A program made the position numbers and the translations under genes. A stretch of DNA of 64,000 nt. It comes from Zootoca vivipara (Eukaryota). The notes beneath the pieces are model-generated. The model was not told the origin of the DNA. It saw nothing but the letters and a program-made list of their open reading frames with translations, and ran no database searches. Shown piece by piece: positions 29,348-47,944 of this stretch. The stretch spans positions 1,612,001 to 1,676,000 of the forward strand of contig NC_083277.1 in the NCBI RefSeq assembly GCF_963506605.1, read 5' to 3'. Every line of letters starts with the position of its first letter. The first letter of the stretch is position 1.

Positions 29348-29697
29348 GGGACGCGGGTGACGCTGTGTTCTAAACCACAGAGCCTAGGGCTTGCTGATCA
29401 AAAGGTTGGGAGTTCGAATCCCTGTGATGGGGTGAGCTCCTGTTGCTCGGTCCCAGCTCCGGCCAACCTAGCAGTTCAAAAGCATGCCAGTGCAAGTAGA
29501 TAAATAGGTACAGCTCTGGCGGGAAGGTAAACAGTGTTTCTATGCATTACTCTGGTTCGCCAGAAGCATCTTAGTCATGCTGGTCACATGATCCGGAAGC
29601 TGTCGGTAGACAAACCCTCAGCCTATAGAGCGAGATTAGCGTGAAACCCCAGAGTTGTCCGCAACTGGACCTAACTGTCAGGGGTACCTTTACCTTT
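29348..29697 (+). mobile_element. Sauria SINE, full length
   Basis: GGGACGCGGGTG head, ACCTTT tail and TSD TTATTATTCTTACTA. Confidence 0.92.
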
Positions 29698-29889
29698 ATT
29701 ATTCTTACTACTGCTGCTGCTGCTATTATGCTGCCCATCTGACTGAGTTGCCCCAGCTACTCTGAGTGGCTTCTAACAAAATGAACATCAAACACAGTAA
29801 GGCATCAACAGAGCAATTATACTCCTAGCTTTGAATCTCACCCCCCAAGTTCATCAACAGACCAACACTATATGTTGTTTCATTTACTT

Positions 29890-30170
29890 GAAAGAGAAGT
29901 TGCTGAATTACAACTTATTACTAAACTTAAAACTATGGAGAGACCTGGTCTGAATAGAGACATTGGATTCTTATCCCAGTACACATGCTAAGCTATTTTT
30001 GGCCATCTGCATCCCTTGCTTTTTCCCGTAAGACCAATTGCAGTTGTTAATCATCAACAGGTTTACCACACCTATCAGCCAATCACCCATTCCATCTCCC
30101 CTTCTGATAAATACCCCTCCCCACCCTCTCACTATATCTAAGGATCTGGTGACTTCTGTTTCAATGTATC
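29890..30170 (+). mobile_element. Penelope 3' fragment (ORF end plus partial pLTR)
   Basis: EREVAELQLITKLKTMERPGLNRDIGFLSQY; it stops at GTATC just before the hammerhead core. Confidence 0.8.
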
Positions 30171-30539
30171 CCATTTCATCTTTTTCTGTTTAAGCCAATT
30201 CACGAACCTAGAACTCAATACAGTGACCACTCATAATGAAACATATGTCACAGATACCTTGCAAATTTATTGTGACATTATGTGATATATATAAGACGGG
30301 AGAGGATTTACAATCGGAGAACCATCAAATGGGAAGAGACCCTGAGGACCATTTAGTCCAGCCCCCTGCGATGCAGGAATCTTCACCCAACTTGAGGCAC
30401 AAACCCATCACCAGGAGATTAAGAGTTATTCCAAAAGAAAGGAAAAAGAGAAGAACACACACCCCGGCTGCATCTGCAAAGCAGGATGAGGCCACTTTAA
30501 AGAGTCCTGGCTTCCTTCAAACTAATCATGGGAATCATA

Positions 30540-30654
30540 GTTACAGGTACGTAGCCGTGGAGTCGAAACAAAATAAAAAAATTCCTTCAGTAGCACCTTA
30601 AAGACCAACTAAGTTTTTATTTTGGTATGAGCTTTCGTGTGCATGCACACTTCT
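30540..30654 (-). mobile_element. Penelope pLTR fragment with an incomplete hammerhead
   Basis: Matches 9461-9582 but lacks the CUGA core. Empty site in the paralog at about 42676. Confidence 0.8.
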
Positions 30655-31234
30655 AGTTTGTTGAGGGCGCAGGGAAAGCTTCCTGATTTGGGGGTCTCTG
30701 CCCCCCTCATGCACCTTCATCCTACAGCCCTGGGACCTCCCTTCTCTGCAAGGCACCTCAAGGGGGGAAGAGAGAGGAGACTCTGTGGACCCCAGAAGGG
30801 GCACATAGGCAGCTCTGGCTAAGGAGAGAAGAAAGCAACCCCTCCCCTTTCAAGGACGGAGGGTCGTTGGCTTCGGGGGACCTGGCCCACTTTCTGCCCT
30901 CACCTCTCTAGGAATCCATCTTAGTTCCTTTGAGCCCTTGTGGGACAGAGCGCACCCAGTTCCTCCTTTTATGGAGAGCAGGAGCCCACAGACAGAGGCT
31001 TCCTTCTGGGGAGGGTGGGACCCCCTTGGCAGGCAGAGAGGAGGAGCAGCAGTTTGTAGGGGAAAAGGCTGTGCCAGATGCAAAGGAGGGTCTGGTGGGA
31101 AGAACAGAGAGGAAGGGGGAGGATGTTCCCTGCCTTGGGGGTCTTCCCCCCCTTGGGCACCCTCTCCCTGGCGCCCTGGGGACCCCCCCACTTCTCCCCA
31201 AGGCGCCCCAAGGGGGAAGAGCGAGGAGACTCAC

Positions 31235-31620
31235 TGGATCCTAGGAGGGGGCACCGAGGCAGCCTGGGCGGAGGACAAAGGGGGAGGGGCTTCTGCTCTG
31301 GAGGACCTAGGACCCCCCCCCTTCCTGGCCTCTCTAGGATTCCTGCTCGGTTCTTGTTAACCCTTGCCGAGCCGAGCGCACACAGGTCAGAGGAGACTGA
31401 GGAGCTGCGCATGCTCCCTGCGGGCGACGCTGGGTCTTCTCTCGCAGACGCCTCAGAGCACGAAGCGGGGAAAGGGGGAGGCGGAGGGAGGGCGGGGCAA
31501 GGACCCGTGACTAAACAGCCCTGGCCCCGCCCCTCAGCCGGCTGCTGTGAGGGAAACGACTTTTCCCGCCTTTTCCCAACTGCCCGCCTTTCGAAACCTG
31601 AGCCTCGCCTCAGTTTTAGG
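31235..31620 (-). promoter_or_regulatory. CpG-rich promoter and putative non-coding exon 1 of ZNF gene B
   Basis: Paralogous to the gene A promoter, with GC boxes and GCGCATGC at about 31406. Confidence 0.55.
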
Positions 31621-32002
31621 TGCCAAGGAGGCCGATTCCTGTCAGACCAGGCTGCAGTTTCCCTGGGCTCCCTCATTTATCGGGGGATTTCTTCTCATTT
31701 GCACTGATTTCTGTTCATATCTCTCGCTTTTGTAGCTTCTCTCTGCTTCTTTAGAAAGCCATATAAACAACCCTCTCCCCACTGCCTGCGGGATAATCAT
31801 CATAATAATAATAATGTTATACCCCACGCATCTGGCTGGGTTTTCCCAGCCACTCTGGGCGGCTTCCAACAGAATATTAAAATACAATAATATATTAAAC
31901 ATTAAAAGCTTCCCTAAACAGGGCTGCCTTCAGATGTCTTCTAAAAGTCTGGTAGTTGTTTTTCTCTCTGACATCTGGCAAAGGGGGAGAGACATTTGAC
32001 AT

Positions 32003-32159
32003 AAAGGTAAAGGGACCCCTGACCGTTAGGTTCAGTCGCGGATGACTCTGGGGTTGTGATGCTCATCTCACTCTATAGGACCGAGCAACGGGAGCTCACC
32101 CCGTCGTGGGGATTTGAACCACCGACCTCCTGATCTGCAAGCCCTAGGCTCTGTGGTTC
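32003..32159 (-). mobile_element. Internally deleted Sauria SINE
   Basis: AAAGGTAAAGGGACCCC tail fused to the head region. Confidence 0.75.
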
Positions 32160-32291
32160 ATTTATTCCAATTCGAAATAGTCCTTTATAGTGTCACCCTC
32201 CTCTCTCTCCTCCTTTTCCGCTGCCACTGAGGAGAATGGAAGAGGCTTATCTGCCTCGGGTCGCACGTGTGTCTGCGTGTGAGAGAGAAAC

Positions 32292-32515
32292 TGGGTGGAA
32301 GAAGGGCCCAAGGATCCTGTAGAAGCCCCACAGGTAGCCCTTGTCCCACTTTTGGACATGGGGCTGCTCCTCTGGAGACATGGCAACAAACTTCCCTCAG
32401 TTGATGGAGAAATAGAAGAGCTCCTGCCAGTCAAAGATGTACCTGTACAGGTAGTGAACCCACTGCACCCCGCTGGAGAAGTTGCACTCCTGCTTCATCT
32501 GGTACAGGACATATT
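32292..32515 (-). pseudogene. MHC class II beta exon 2 fragment, copy 3, with an intron-1 remnant
   Basis: VLYQMKQECNFSSGVQWVHYLYRYIFDWQELFYFSIN*GKFVAMSPEEQPHVQKWDKGYLWGFYRILGPFF. It has a CGA>TGA stop at 32397-32399, and its upstream pyrimidine tract ends in a dead acceptor CAT (32518-32516). Confidence 0.85.
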
Positions 32516-33419
32516 ATGCGGGGGGCAGGGGTGTGTCAAAGGTCAGGTGGGGGAGGGAAACACCAGGGGGGGCAGGCATACCCCCTGCTCCCTCCTGCCA
32601 AAGGAGCCCCCCCTACCATGTGGCAGGACCTCATCTGCCCCCCACCCCAGCTAAGCATCAACAGTCCCATCATGCAGGGTTGCCACCTGCCCTGTTTAAT
32701 ATGTTGGATATGATTCCTTTATTCACAGAAACAACGCTGTGTAAAGTTTCCAGAAGATCTGTTATTTACAACAGGTGCAAGGTGACTTCGAAGAATGTTC
32801 CACACATGCGCTGCTTCGGGGTTGACCAAAGAGATGTTTAGTCTGACCTCCGCTATTGTCGTGTGAAGATGTAAAGAGTGGGTATGGCAGCTTTTAGGGC
32901 TAACATCATGCAAAGAGTGGGAAGGAAAATTTAAAAGATCTAGAAATATTGAAAAGAATGAAACTATCATTGATGGGGAGAATCTCGGCAATAAAAATGA
33001 ATATAATGATAATATTTTATTTCATTTTTTAAATTAAGATCCCTCCCGTTTGGCTCGGTATCCACAGCCACTCTGTTTGGCTTATATATAAAAACAGAGC
33101 ATAACATCAAACAGTAAAAAAAAAAATCCTATCAAAACAGAGGAACCAAAATTAGAACTGTGTAAAACATTTTAGCAAGTTGCCCCAATAAAATAGTTGT
33201 TCCAGCCATGTCCCCTTGGCCTCCCAGGAGCCCTTTAGTTGTTTGGGGTGAGTGTGGGCTGCACCCCCTAGGCCAGGTGGAAATGGGCCTTACAGCAGGG
33301 AGCGGTCTTCCTTCCAGCACTCAGGGCAGCAGCATTGCCCCTCCAGCCTCCCAGGAGCCTTTTAGCTGTTCAGGGTGAGTGTGGGCTCCGCATTTCCAGA
33401 TTTAGAATCATATTCTGAA

Positions 33420-34660
33420 CCGTCCTATCTGTGCTGGATAAAAGACTAGGTACTGCTGGAAAACACACCGTTGTTAGAGCTATACATAAAAGCTTCTCTA
33501 ATCATGTTACCAGGAAAAAAATAAATAGAATTTGGGGGAAACATAGAAACTTATTGGAAAACAAAACACCAAGGTGGGTATCCCCAATAGAAGCAAAGAC
33601 AAGGAAAAAATAAATATAAGTCACAAATGGGGTAGCTACAATTATCTGTTAGACATTTGAGGGAGAAACAAAAATGAAAGAATTAGGAAAAAATTGTGTC
33701 AGACTGGCTAAACTATAATCAAATTAACTCAAAGTTTAAGGGAAACAAAAAATAGATTTACAGAACAATAATCACAATTTGAAAAAGATATTAAGATGTA
33801 CAGTTAAAAACCTCTGTAAAATGTATAAAATACTTCTTCTTAAATACTTATTCTTTAGAGCATAGCTGTCAAATCCATTGCCAGCTATACTCTAAAGAAG
33901 AAGAAAACAGTTGGTACATTTGTTCACTTATGATGTTCATGTTGTAAGGTAACAAAAGAATTATGGGAGATGGTGTACAATGAACTTAAGAAAAAATTTT
34001 TTAGAAACATTTCCCAATAATCCAGAAGCTTTTCTTCTGGGAATAAAAAATAAAAATAATAATTTATGAATGTACGGGCCAACATTCACTCAAATTCTAA
34101 TTGCACAAAAATTGAGAACATATAAAGTCCCATCAAAAGAAATATGGCATATCAAAATACTTGAATATATCGAAGCAACCTGTATGACAAACAGGTTAAA
34201 AAATAAGGAGCAGACGTGTGAGATTGTTACGTCACATGTCTGTTTACGTTCCAGCACAGTCTTCTGGGAACTTCCGTTTGTGTATAGCTTTTGCTTTCGG
34301 GACTCTCTCTGAGGAGATGGGGAGATGACATGCTTTCTTTGTCCTGATTTATGCTGAATAAATCTGCTTGTTATTATGCTTTCACAAGCCTCTTCACGCA
34401 GCTTCTGTTCATGCAGCGCGCTCTGCTAATATAGTGTACTCAGACTTTTGAAGAAAGGGTTGCTGGTACCAGTATATGTCGCTCTAGAGATCGGGGGATC
34501 GTCCAGCGTGTCGGCTGGAAGGGCATGATCCAGTTGGGGGCTAGCCAGCTGGCCACTTGACCCCCTCTGGATGCTGATCTATAGAGATTATATAGAAATA
34601 TATTACACCAATAATCATAACAGGTGTAGACAGGAAACCATGGAAAGAGTGGAAGAGAAG
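33420..34660 (+). mobile_element. Degraded L1-like ORF2 3' region with an LTR-like insert (about 34215-34575)
   Basis: A-rich, with remnants such as PEAFLLGI and KILEY. Boundaries are approximate. Confidence 0.5.
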
Positions 34661-34689
34661 TAAAAATAAAGATATATAGGATTTAAATA

Positions 34690-35187
34690 ATCACAGCTTT
34701 TCTCCGTAACTGCTGAACCATAATGTAACAAATTTGGCCACAACGTTCCATGCCCATCAGGGAGGGATCTGGCATTAATTTTTTTCCAAAAACAGACCTT
34801 TCACACCTAAAATAATGATTAAACACAAAAAGTGGCACCCAATTAGACGTCACCACCATTAGCTCTGAAAACTCCAGCAACATCCAATGGAAAGGCTGGT
34901 CGCACCCTGCCGCCTCCAAAGCTGTGCCACCAGATGACATCACAAAATTCCACAGCAACCAACTGAAAACAGTCCTTTTGCAGCAACAAGGCCCAGCTTT
35001 TTAAATAGGCCGCAGCCTTGCCAAGCAGGGAAAACTGAGTAGGCCGCACCATTCATTAGGCCACAGGCAAAAACGAAAAGAATAGGGCCTTTCACAACTT
35101 GGGGGGGGGGCAGGTGAGGGGACTCTGAAGATAGACTCTGAAGGTCCATTTAACACAAAAACCCACAACAACGCGTGGCCGGGCCAG

Positions 35188-35191
<4 letters not shown>
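34690..35191 (+). mobile_element. Non-autonomous Helitron related to 7945-8561
   Basis: Shares CTTTTCTCCGTAAC near the 5' end and ends CAACGCGTGGCCGGGCCAGCTAG|T. Confidence 0.7.

Positions 35192-35226
<35 letters not shown>
35191..35226. repeat. (GT)n microsatellite
   Basis: About 18 GT units. Confidence 0.95.
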
Positions 35227-35229
<3 letters not shown>

Positions 35230-35787
35230 CATTTTGTCCATGGTGGTAACATAGTATGTTTTGTTGGTGAGATATAAGAGATAAGTAAATTAAAAATGGA
35301 AGAAAACAGTAAAAACATTAATATTACAATTATAATATTAAAACAAATCAAGCTCTCCACTTCTGGAAAGGTTAGCCTAAACAAAATATTTCAAGCAAGC
35401 ACCAAAAAGAGTAAATTGAAGGTTGCTGCCTGACCTCAACAGGCAGAGGAATTCCAGGGAAGAAGTAACCCTAAAAGTACCTCATCTGTTGTGGTGGACT
35501 GAAGATCCATTAACACTAAGGAAGAAGGGAAGCAGGTCACCAGCTCAAGGAATGTATGTCACACAATGACAAAAATATCCCCCAGTCAAGATCTGGTGTT
35601 CACTCCACAGGAATGGAAAAAGGACTCAGACATTGCCACTGGGGTGAGTCGCATTGCTCTGAGTCTCTGTTCAATCTAAGTCTCCTTCCATGTATCATAT
35701 GTGTGCAGATGAGAACTGGATTTGGCTGAAGCAAACAACCTCTGTTTATTGCTGTTCACAACAGCCTTTGAGGCTGTATATACACAG

Positions 35788-35852
35788 GCGTGCCTGGCGT
35801 GCTCTAGTCCATGGGGTTACGAAGAGTCAGACACGACTAAACAACAACAACA
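35788..35852 (+). mobile_element. BovB 3'-end fragment
   Basis: GGGGTTACGAAGAGTCAGACACGACTAAA(CAA)n with TSD ATACACAG; absent in the gene A flank. Confidence 0.8.
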
Positions 35853-36169
35853 ATACACAGAGAACACTTTCCACTCATGGATGCAATTCTTTACTCCTGG
35901 CATGCGCTAAGTACTTTGAAGGATCGAAGAAGAGTAGCAAGAGATTCCTAGACTTAACCTTCCCACAAAGAAAAGCCTGAATTCAACACCTTGGCCAATG
36001 ACTTCCACCTTGCAGATCTGGATACATAGCTGAAGAATATTGGGCACCGGGTTTGCACTCGATAGCTTGGAGAGCCAAGGCTGACTTCTCTGCTGGGTTG
36101 AAGAAGCACAAGAACACTGTTACGATACAAATTAAAGTCTCCTAAAATACAATTACAACACAGCAAGTG

Positions 36170-41741
<5,572 letters not shown>

Positions 41742-42059
41742 CTGTGCTCTCAGGAAGCTCCCAAGAGATCAGAAGCAGTCCCTTTTTTCGTCTGCAAAGT
41801 TCTTCCTGTCCAAATTAGAGGTGCTGGCAAATCATACAAAGCAAATGAATTGTTCAGTTATAAAAATGTCCCCAGACAAATGTGGATGACTTTTGCTAGC
41901 AATCCCAGACTCTGAACTTATTGTGGTTGTAAGTTGTTTTAATCTGTTTTTAAACTTGATTACAGCTCCGCAAGAGAGCGGCTTCCAGTAAGATGAACAT
42001 CAAAAACAGTAAGGCATCAAACATTAAAAACGTTTCTGCATCAATAGAGAAATTATTCT

Positions 42060-42485
42060 CCTAGCTGGGTCTCTCAGTGGCTTTTGACACCATCGACCCC
42101 AACATCCTTCTGGACAGTCTAGAGCAGTGTTTCCCAACCTTGTGCCTCCAGATGTTTTGAGACTACAATTCCCATCATCCCTAGCTAGCAAGACCAGTGG
42201 TCAGGAATTATGGGAATTGTAGTCTGAAAACAGCTGGAGGCACAAGGTTGGGAAACACTGGTCTAGAGGGGTTGGGAGCTGGGGGCACTGTTATACAGTG
42301 GTTCCGCTCCTTCCTCCTGGGCCGTGTTCAGAAAGTGGTGGTGGGGGATGAGTGTTCAGACCCCTGGGCTCTCACTTGTGGGGTGCCTCAGGGTTCCATA
42401 GTCTCCCTCATGCTTTTCAACATCTATATGAAGCCGCTGGGAGAGAACATCAGGGGGTTTGGGCTGGGTGTTCATCAATATGTCC
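42060..42485 (+). mobile_element. L2 RT fragment
   Basis: AFDTID and WFRSFL...CGVPQGS...LFNIYM. Confidence 0.8.
42125..42260. mobile_element. 136-bp palindromic hAT MITE
   Basis: TIR CAGTGTTTCCCAACCTTGTGCCTCCAG and 8-bp TSD GTCTAGAG. Confidence 0.92.
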
Positions 42486-43299
42486 AGCCCCCTGCAATTG
42501 CAGGACTCTTCACCCAACTTGGGGCACAAACCCATGATCAGGAGATTACGAGGTATTCCAAAAGAAAGGAAAAAGAGAAGAACATCTCTTTCCCCCCCCC
42601 CCAGCTGCATCTGCAAAGCAGGATGAGGCCACTTTAAAGAGTCCTGGCTTCCTTCAAACTAATCATGGGAATCATAGTTTGTTGTGGGCGCAGGGAAAGC
42701 TTCCTGATTTGGGGGTCTCTGCCCCCCTCATGCACCTTCATCCTACAGCCCTGGGACCTCCCTTCTCTGCAAGGCACCTCAAGGGGGGAAGAGAGAGGAG
42801 ACTCTGTGGACCCCAGAAGTGGCACATAGGCAGCTCTGGCAAAGGAGGGACGAAAGCAAACCCCCCCTTTCAAGGATGGAAGGTCTTTGGCTCTGGGGGA
42901 CCTGGCCCACTTTCTGCCCTCCTCTCTCTAGGAATCCATCTTAGTTCCTTTGAGCCCTTGGGGAACAGAGCGCACCCAGTTCCTCCTTTTATGGAGAGCA
43001 GGAGCCCACAGACAGAGGCTTCCTTCTGGGGAGGGTGGGACCCCCTTGGCAGGCAGAGAGAGGAGCAGCAGTTTGTAGGGGGAAAGGCTGTGCCAGAAGC
43101 AAAGGAAGGCCTGCTGGGGGGTGTTCAATGGCATGTCACTTTTTCCCTCCCCAAAGGGGCAAAGGAAGATCAGAGAGGAAGGGGGGGGTGTTCCCTGCCT
43201 TGGGGGTCTCCCCCCCCCCTTGGGAACCCTCCCCCTGCAGCCCTGGGACCCCCACTTCTCCCCCAGGCGCCCCACGGGGAAAGAGAGAGGAGACTCACT

Positions 43300-43895
43300 G
43301 GATCCTAGGAGGGGGCACCGAGGCAGCCTTGGCAGAGGACAAAGGGGGAGGGGCTTCCTCTCTGGAGGACTTTCTGGCCTCTCTAGGATTCCAGTTCGCC
43401 TCCTTTTCCTGCCTGTCTCCTTCTGCGCCTGCGCCCTAACCCTCTTGGATGAGGGCGGTCTTTTACTCCTAGAGGGTCGACGTCACTGACGCGAGAGGTC
43501 AGCAGGAAGCCCCGCCTCCTCCGGTCCCTCAATCTAATGGCTCGCGGGGACGTCATGCCGGAAGGGGACCTCGAACTTCGCCTCCCCTGTGAGCTGAGGG
43601 GAAAGGAAAAGGGGGGAAAGGGAGATGGGGGAGGGAGGGGGAGCCCCTAAGCGCAGGCGCAAAACAGGAAAAGGCAGGCAGGGAGAGGGAGGGAGGGAGG
43701 GAGGGGCGGGCTCGGTGCCCTCGGATTGCCAAGAGTTAAAAGGAGCAGAGGTGGATTCCTAGAAAGGACAGGAAGTGAAGTGAAGTGGGGGGGGGTCAAG
43801 TTCCTGCATGCAAAATTCCCTCCCTCCCCATCCCTTCCTGCTGTCAGAGAGGAGGTTGCTTTCTTCTCTCTCCTTTGTAAAAGCTTCCTCGGTGA
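43300..43895. promoter_or_regulatory. Bidirectional promoter and putative first exons of gene C (-) and gene D (+)
   Basis: CpG core at 43470-43580 with CRE-like GACGTCA/TGACG, ETS GGAAG and a GC box. GTGAGT donors face outward (about 43298 on -, 43892 on +). Confidence 0.6.
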
Positions 43896-44759
43896 GTCTC
43901 CCCCCTCTCTCTTCCCCCTGAGGGTGCAATGGGGAGAAGGGGGTCCCAGGGGTGCATGGGGGTCCCTGTTCAGATCATGCACGGTGGGGGGAGACCCCCA
44001 AGTCAGGGAGCAGAGGAGGTCAACATCTCTGTTCTTCCTTGGGATTCAGATGCTGCCTTACTTTTTGGGGAGGGGGCTTTGGGTCAAGAAAAGCTGGGCA
44101 TGCAGATAAACCCCCTTCAGATCTAGGGTTAAGTCACATTTTTTAACAGATGCCGCAGCCAGATGGGAGCATTTGCACATGGGAGAAGAAAAGCCCTCCT
44201 GCATCTGCAGCAGCAAAACCCGACCACTTCCTCTGTCCCAGATGCAACAAAACATGTCTCTCCCCTGTACCCTATCCACCCACAGCTGGCACTGTTACCT
44301 TCCAACAGCTGGATCTCACTCCCAAAGGCACCCTCTTCCATGGTCTCCCAAGACAGATGGAGGCCAATGAACCAACCAACCATTTCCCCCCTCCCTCACA
44401 ATGCACAATGGGGCTTTCCCTCCCCCTCTCCCCCCCCTCCTGGTGACCCTTGAAGTTGGCTTGAGGGCTTGGGAGGGTCCACCCCACCAGATGATGGGGG
44501 AGGAGGTCCTTCCATCTAGAATATGGGAATGCTTGCAAATATTTATGTGAAGATGAGTACCATATAATCATAATAATAAAATTATTATGATGTGGAATTC
44601 CCCCATTTACACAAAGATTAATACCCAGCATTAAAATTGTTCCATTACGATGTTGAAAATGCAGGAAAAGAATAGAATTAAAACAGTGCGGCTATTAAGA
44701 GGCAGAAAGGAACAGAGCAATGTGTAGAAGACCATCTTTATTCTCCCTTTCTCTCTTAG

Positions 44760-44885
44760 GATCCAGTGTGTTTTGAAGACGTAGTTTTTTGTTTCACATA
44801 CAAGAACTGGGCGTTGCTGGATCCTGACCAGACTGCTCTGCAGAAGGAAGTCAAGGAGGAGAAGTGTGGGATCCTGCACTCTCTG
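44760..44885 (+). pseudogene. Degenerate KRAB-A exon of gene D (126 nt, wrong phase)
   Basis: [42 protein letters not shown]; one base shorter than the canonical 127-nt exon. Confidence 0.8.
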
Positions 44886-45169
44886 GTAAGGCTCTATGCT
44901 GGATCGTCAGATCAGATTTGAAATTCCATACAGATCTCTGTAGGACAAACCTCCCCTATTTTGAGGGAGCCCAATAGCACCAGCTACAGCGTCTGAGATT
45001 TTAACAAACCCACAACTCTCCTTGAATGGAAAACTATCAATAGGAGGGGTATCTCCTGTTTTGTCTGGGAATATTATTCCACCAGTCATGCCTTTTCAAA
45101 CCATGATGAGGCTGGTCTCAGCTGCCCAGGCTTTCTTAAATGCAGGCTTAAGAGATCTTAGGGATGTGG

Positions 45170-45508
45170 AGGTAAAGGTAAAGGTACCACTGACCGTTAG
45201 GTCCGCTCACGGACGACTCTGGGGTTGTGGTGCTCATCTTGCTTTACAGGCCGAGGGGGCTGGCGTTTGTCCACGGACAGTTTTTCCTGGTCATGTGGCC
45301 AGCATGACTAAGCCGCTTCTGGCAAAACCAGAGCAGTGCACGGAAACGCCGTTTACCTTCCCGCCACAGCAGTACCTATTTATCTAATTGTACTTTGAAG
45401 CTGGGATCAAGCAACAGGAGCTCACCCCATTACGGGGATTCGAACCACCGACCTGCTGATTGGCAAGCCCAAGAGGCTCAGTGGTTTAGACCACAGCGCC
45501 ACCTGCGT
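45170..45508 (-). mobile_element. Sauria SINE
   Basis: (GGTAAA)n tail and body. Confidence 0.9.
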
Positions 45509-46248
45509 AAGGTAATACCAGCCAAAAAAGGCAGTAACTCCCTTCCCTTCTGCCTCTTTCGCAAACATTCATTTGCATTCTTCAATCATTTCAGGCTCCA
45601 TTTCTTCATGTGGCTATGGTTGTTGTTGTTATTATTATTATTATTATTTAATTAATGATATATTATATAATATATATTATATGCACAAGCAAAAAACTGA
45701 ATTTTATGTGAATAAGGAAAATGAGGGGGTGGCTAAGAAACAGCAGGAGCTAGATACTATTACCAACCTTATAGGGTCTCTCAATAGCTGTAATGATGAG
45801 CAGGGAATATTCTTCCGCCAAACCTTTGCAAAAGCATTACAGGACATCCTGGGGTCCCTACCAGGCCCTGATAACTCAGACACCCCTGGGTCCTTGCGCT
45901 TGAGGAATCTGGGAAATGACCTTATTGACAGAACTGAAAAAGAATTTATTACAATCCTTCTGTGCTCTGCCACAAGACACCCAGAATGAAATACTCTCCA
46001 GATTTGACCTCTTACGTTCCTGACTGATAAGTTGAAGAAAGAGCAGAAGGCCTCATGCAAGCAAAACGTGACCCTTTGTATTTCAGATCCAGCCCACCAT
46101 ATATTCCACTGTGAGTTGAATTAATGGCCTGAAAAGCCACCCTCCCCCCCAACTAACAGCAGGTTACTGAACCCTCTTTCCTACTAATTGGAGATGAAAA
46201 GCATCCCTAAACATTTGGTCCCCATGCAACACCTGACAGAGGCAGGAT

Positions 46249-46327
<79 letters not shown>

Positions 46328-46653
46328 GGGACCCAGGTGGCGCTTGCTGATCAGAAGGTCGGCGGTTCGAATCCCTGTGACGGGGTGAGCTCCCATTGCT
46401 CGGTCCCAGCTCCTGCCAACCTAGCAGTTCAAAAGCATGTCAAAATGCAAGTAGATAAATAGGAACCGCTACAGCGGGAAGGTAAACGGCGTTTCCATGT
46501 GCTACTCTGGTTTGCCAGAAGCGGCTTTGTCATGCTGGCCACATGACCTGGAAGCTATACGCCGGCTCCCTCGGCCAATAATGCGAGATGAGCGCGCAAC
46601 CCCAGAGTCGGTCATGACTGGACCTAATGGTCAGGGGTCCCTTTACCTTTACC

Positions 46654-46654
<1 letters not shown>
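46328..46654 (+). mobile_element. Sauria SINE flanked by (AAT)n/(ATT)n microsatellites
   Basis: Head GGGACCCAGGTGGCG and tail CTTTACCTTTACC; repeats at 46250-46326 and 46654-46690. Confidence 0.9.
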
Positions 46655-46690
<36 letters not shown>

Positions 46691-47542
46691 GGCCACATCT
46701 GCCTGGCTTGCAATGAGAAGCTTCTAAAGCTTGTCAACATCACTTTCCATACAAAGCACCTAGCATGGGGGTACCTACATGTAATAGCTACTCTGCTATT
46801 TTCTGCCCATGCTCTGGGGTTGCAATTTTCAGGCTTGGGGGCAGGGTGGTGAATGATTTTTGAAGTTCTGTCCATAAATCCCATTGAGTTCAATGGGATC
46901 TCCTCTCAGGTCACTACTGTGCAGACCATGCCATCCTGGAAATGTTTAGAAATAGGGCTTCTGTTGGAATGAGGCTACCCCATTTGTGCTGCTCCAGGGG
47001 CAGGGGATTATATAGGGCAGGAGAATCCCTGCAGGGCCTCTGAGGCTCCCCTTGCTTCTTCCTCTCTCCCAGGACCCTGCAGCTTCTTTTGACTCCTTGA
47101 CTCTTCAGGAAGGATGAATGAGATGGATCCTGCATACCTAGCGAGGATGCATCCCTCCCCACAACCTCTGAGCGTTCTCTCCCAGGGACCTCCAAGAGAT
47201 CTGGTGAGTTCCAGGGGAGTGGAGATGGGGAAATGGAGGGATGGAGCCGGAGAGGTAGTGGGGCTTGCTCAGCTAGGGGGTGGGGGGAGGCAGGCAGGCG
47301 GATGGAGAAGGGGAGCATCTTTTCGGGCTCCCCCACCTGCCTGCCTGCCTGTGCAGGCAATTTGAGCTAGGAATACAGTCGTTACCAATGAAACAATATG
47401 GAGTTGCTCTCCTCATGAACACGGGAGGGGGTTTCAAACTGATTTATGGGGTTTATTTTTTATGGGGGTTTCAAAGTGATTTATGTATAAATTTAAATTT
47501 AGACCAATCAGATTGAGGCAACTGCTGATGGGGAGTGTGTAG

Positions 47543-47638
47543 GTTTCACAGACGAGGCCTGGACGTTGCTGGATCCTGACCAAAGAGCTCTGCATAAGGA
47601 AGTAAAGGAGGAGAATCGTGGGATCATGGAACCTCTCG
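47543..47638 (+). pseudogene. Partial KRAB-A duplicate 2 of gene D
   Basis: [31 protein letters not shown] followed by a GT donor at 47639. Confidence 0.75.
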
Positions 47639-47696
47639 GTAAAACTCCCTGTTGAATCATAAGATTAGTTTTGAAATTCCATACATACCTCTATGT

Positions 47697-47907
47697 CAGG
47701 GGTCAGCAACCTGCGACCCATGGGCCACAAGCGGCATACGGGGTCGTTTAAACGGCCCACAAGCCACCCCCAAACCGGCACGGGGCGGGGCGGGGACTCG
47801 ATTTCACGATGTAGGAAATCAGACGCAGACGCATGAGCAATCCGGCCCACAGAGGGATCTCCACGGGACTGAACTGGCCCAGGCAAGGTAAACCTTGCTG
47901 ACCCCTG
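47697..47907. mobile_element. hAT MITE (211 bp)
   Basis: TIR CAGGGGTCAGCAA, TSD CTCTATGT, and an empty site in the duplicate at about 48911. Confidence 0.9.
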
Positions 47908-47944
47908 CTCTATGTGATGAACCTTCACTATTTTGATGGAGATT

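Noticed and set aside
30625-30654. Additional hammerheads at 30.6 kb, 30.17 kb and 57.0 kb
   Set aside because: They are truncated and lack the CUGANGA core or the remaining stems.
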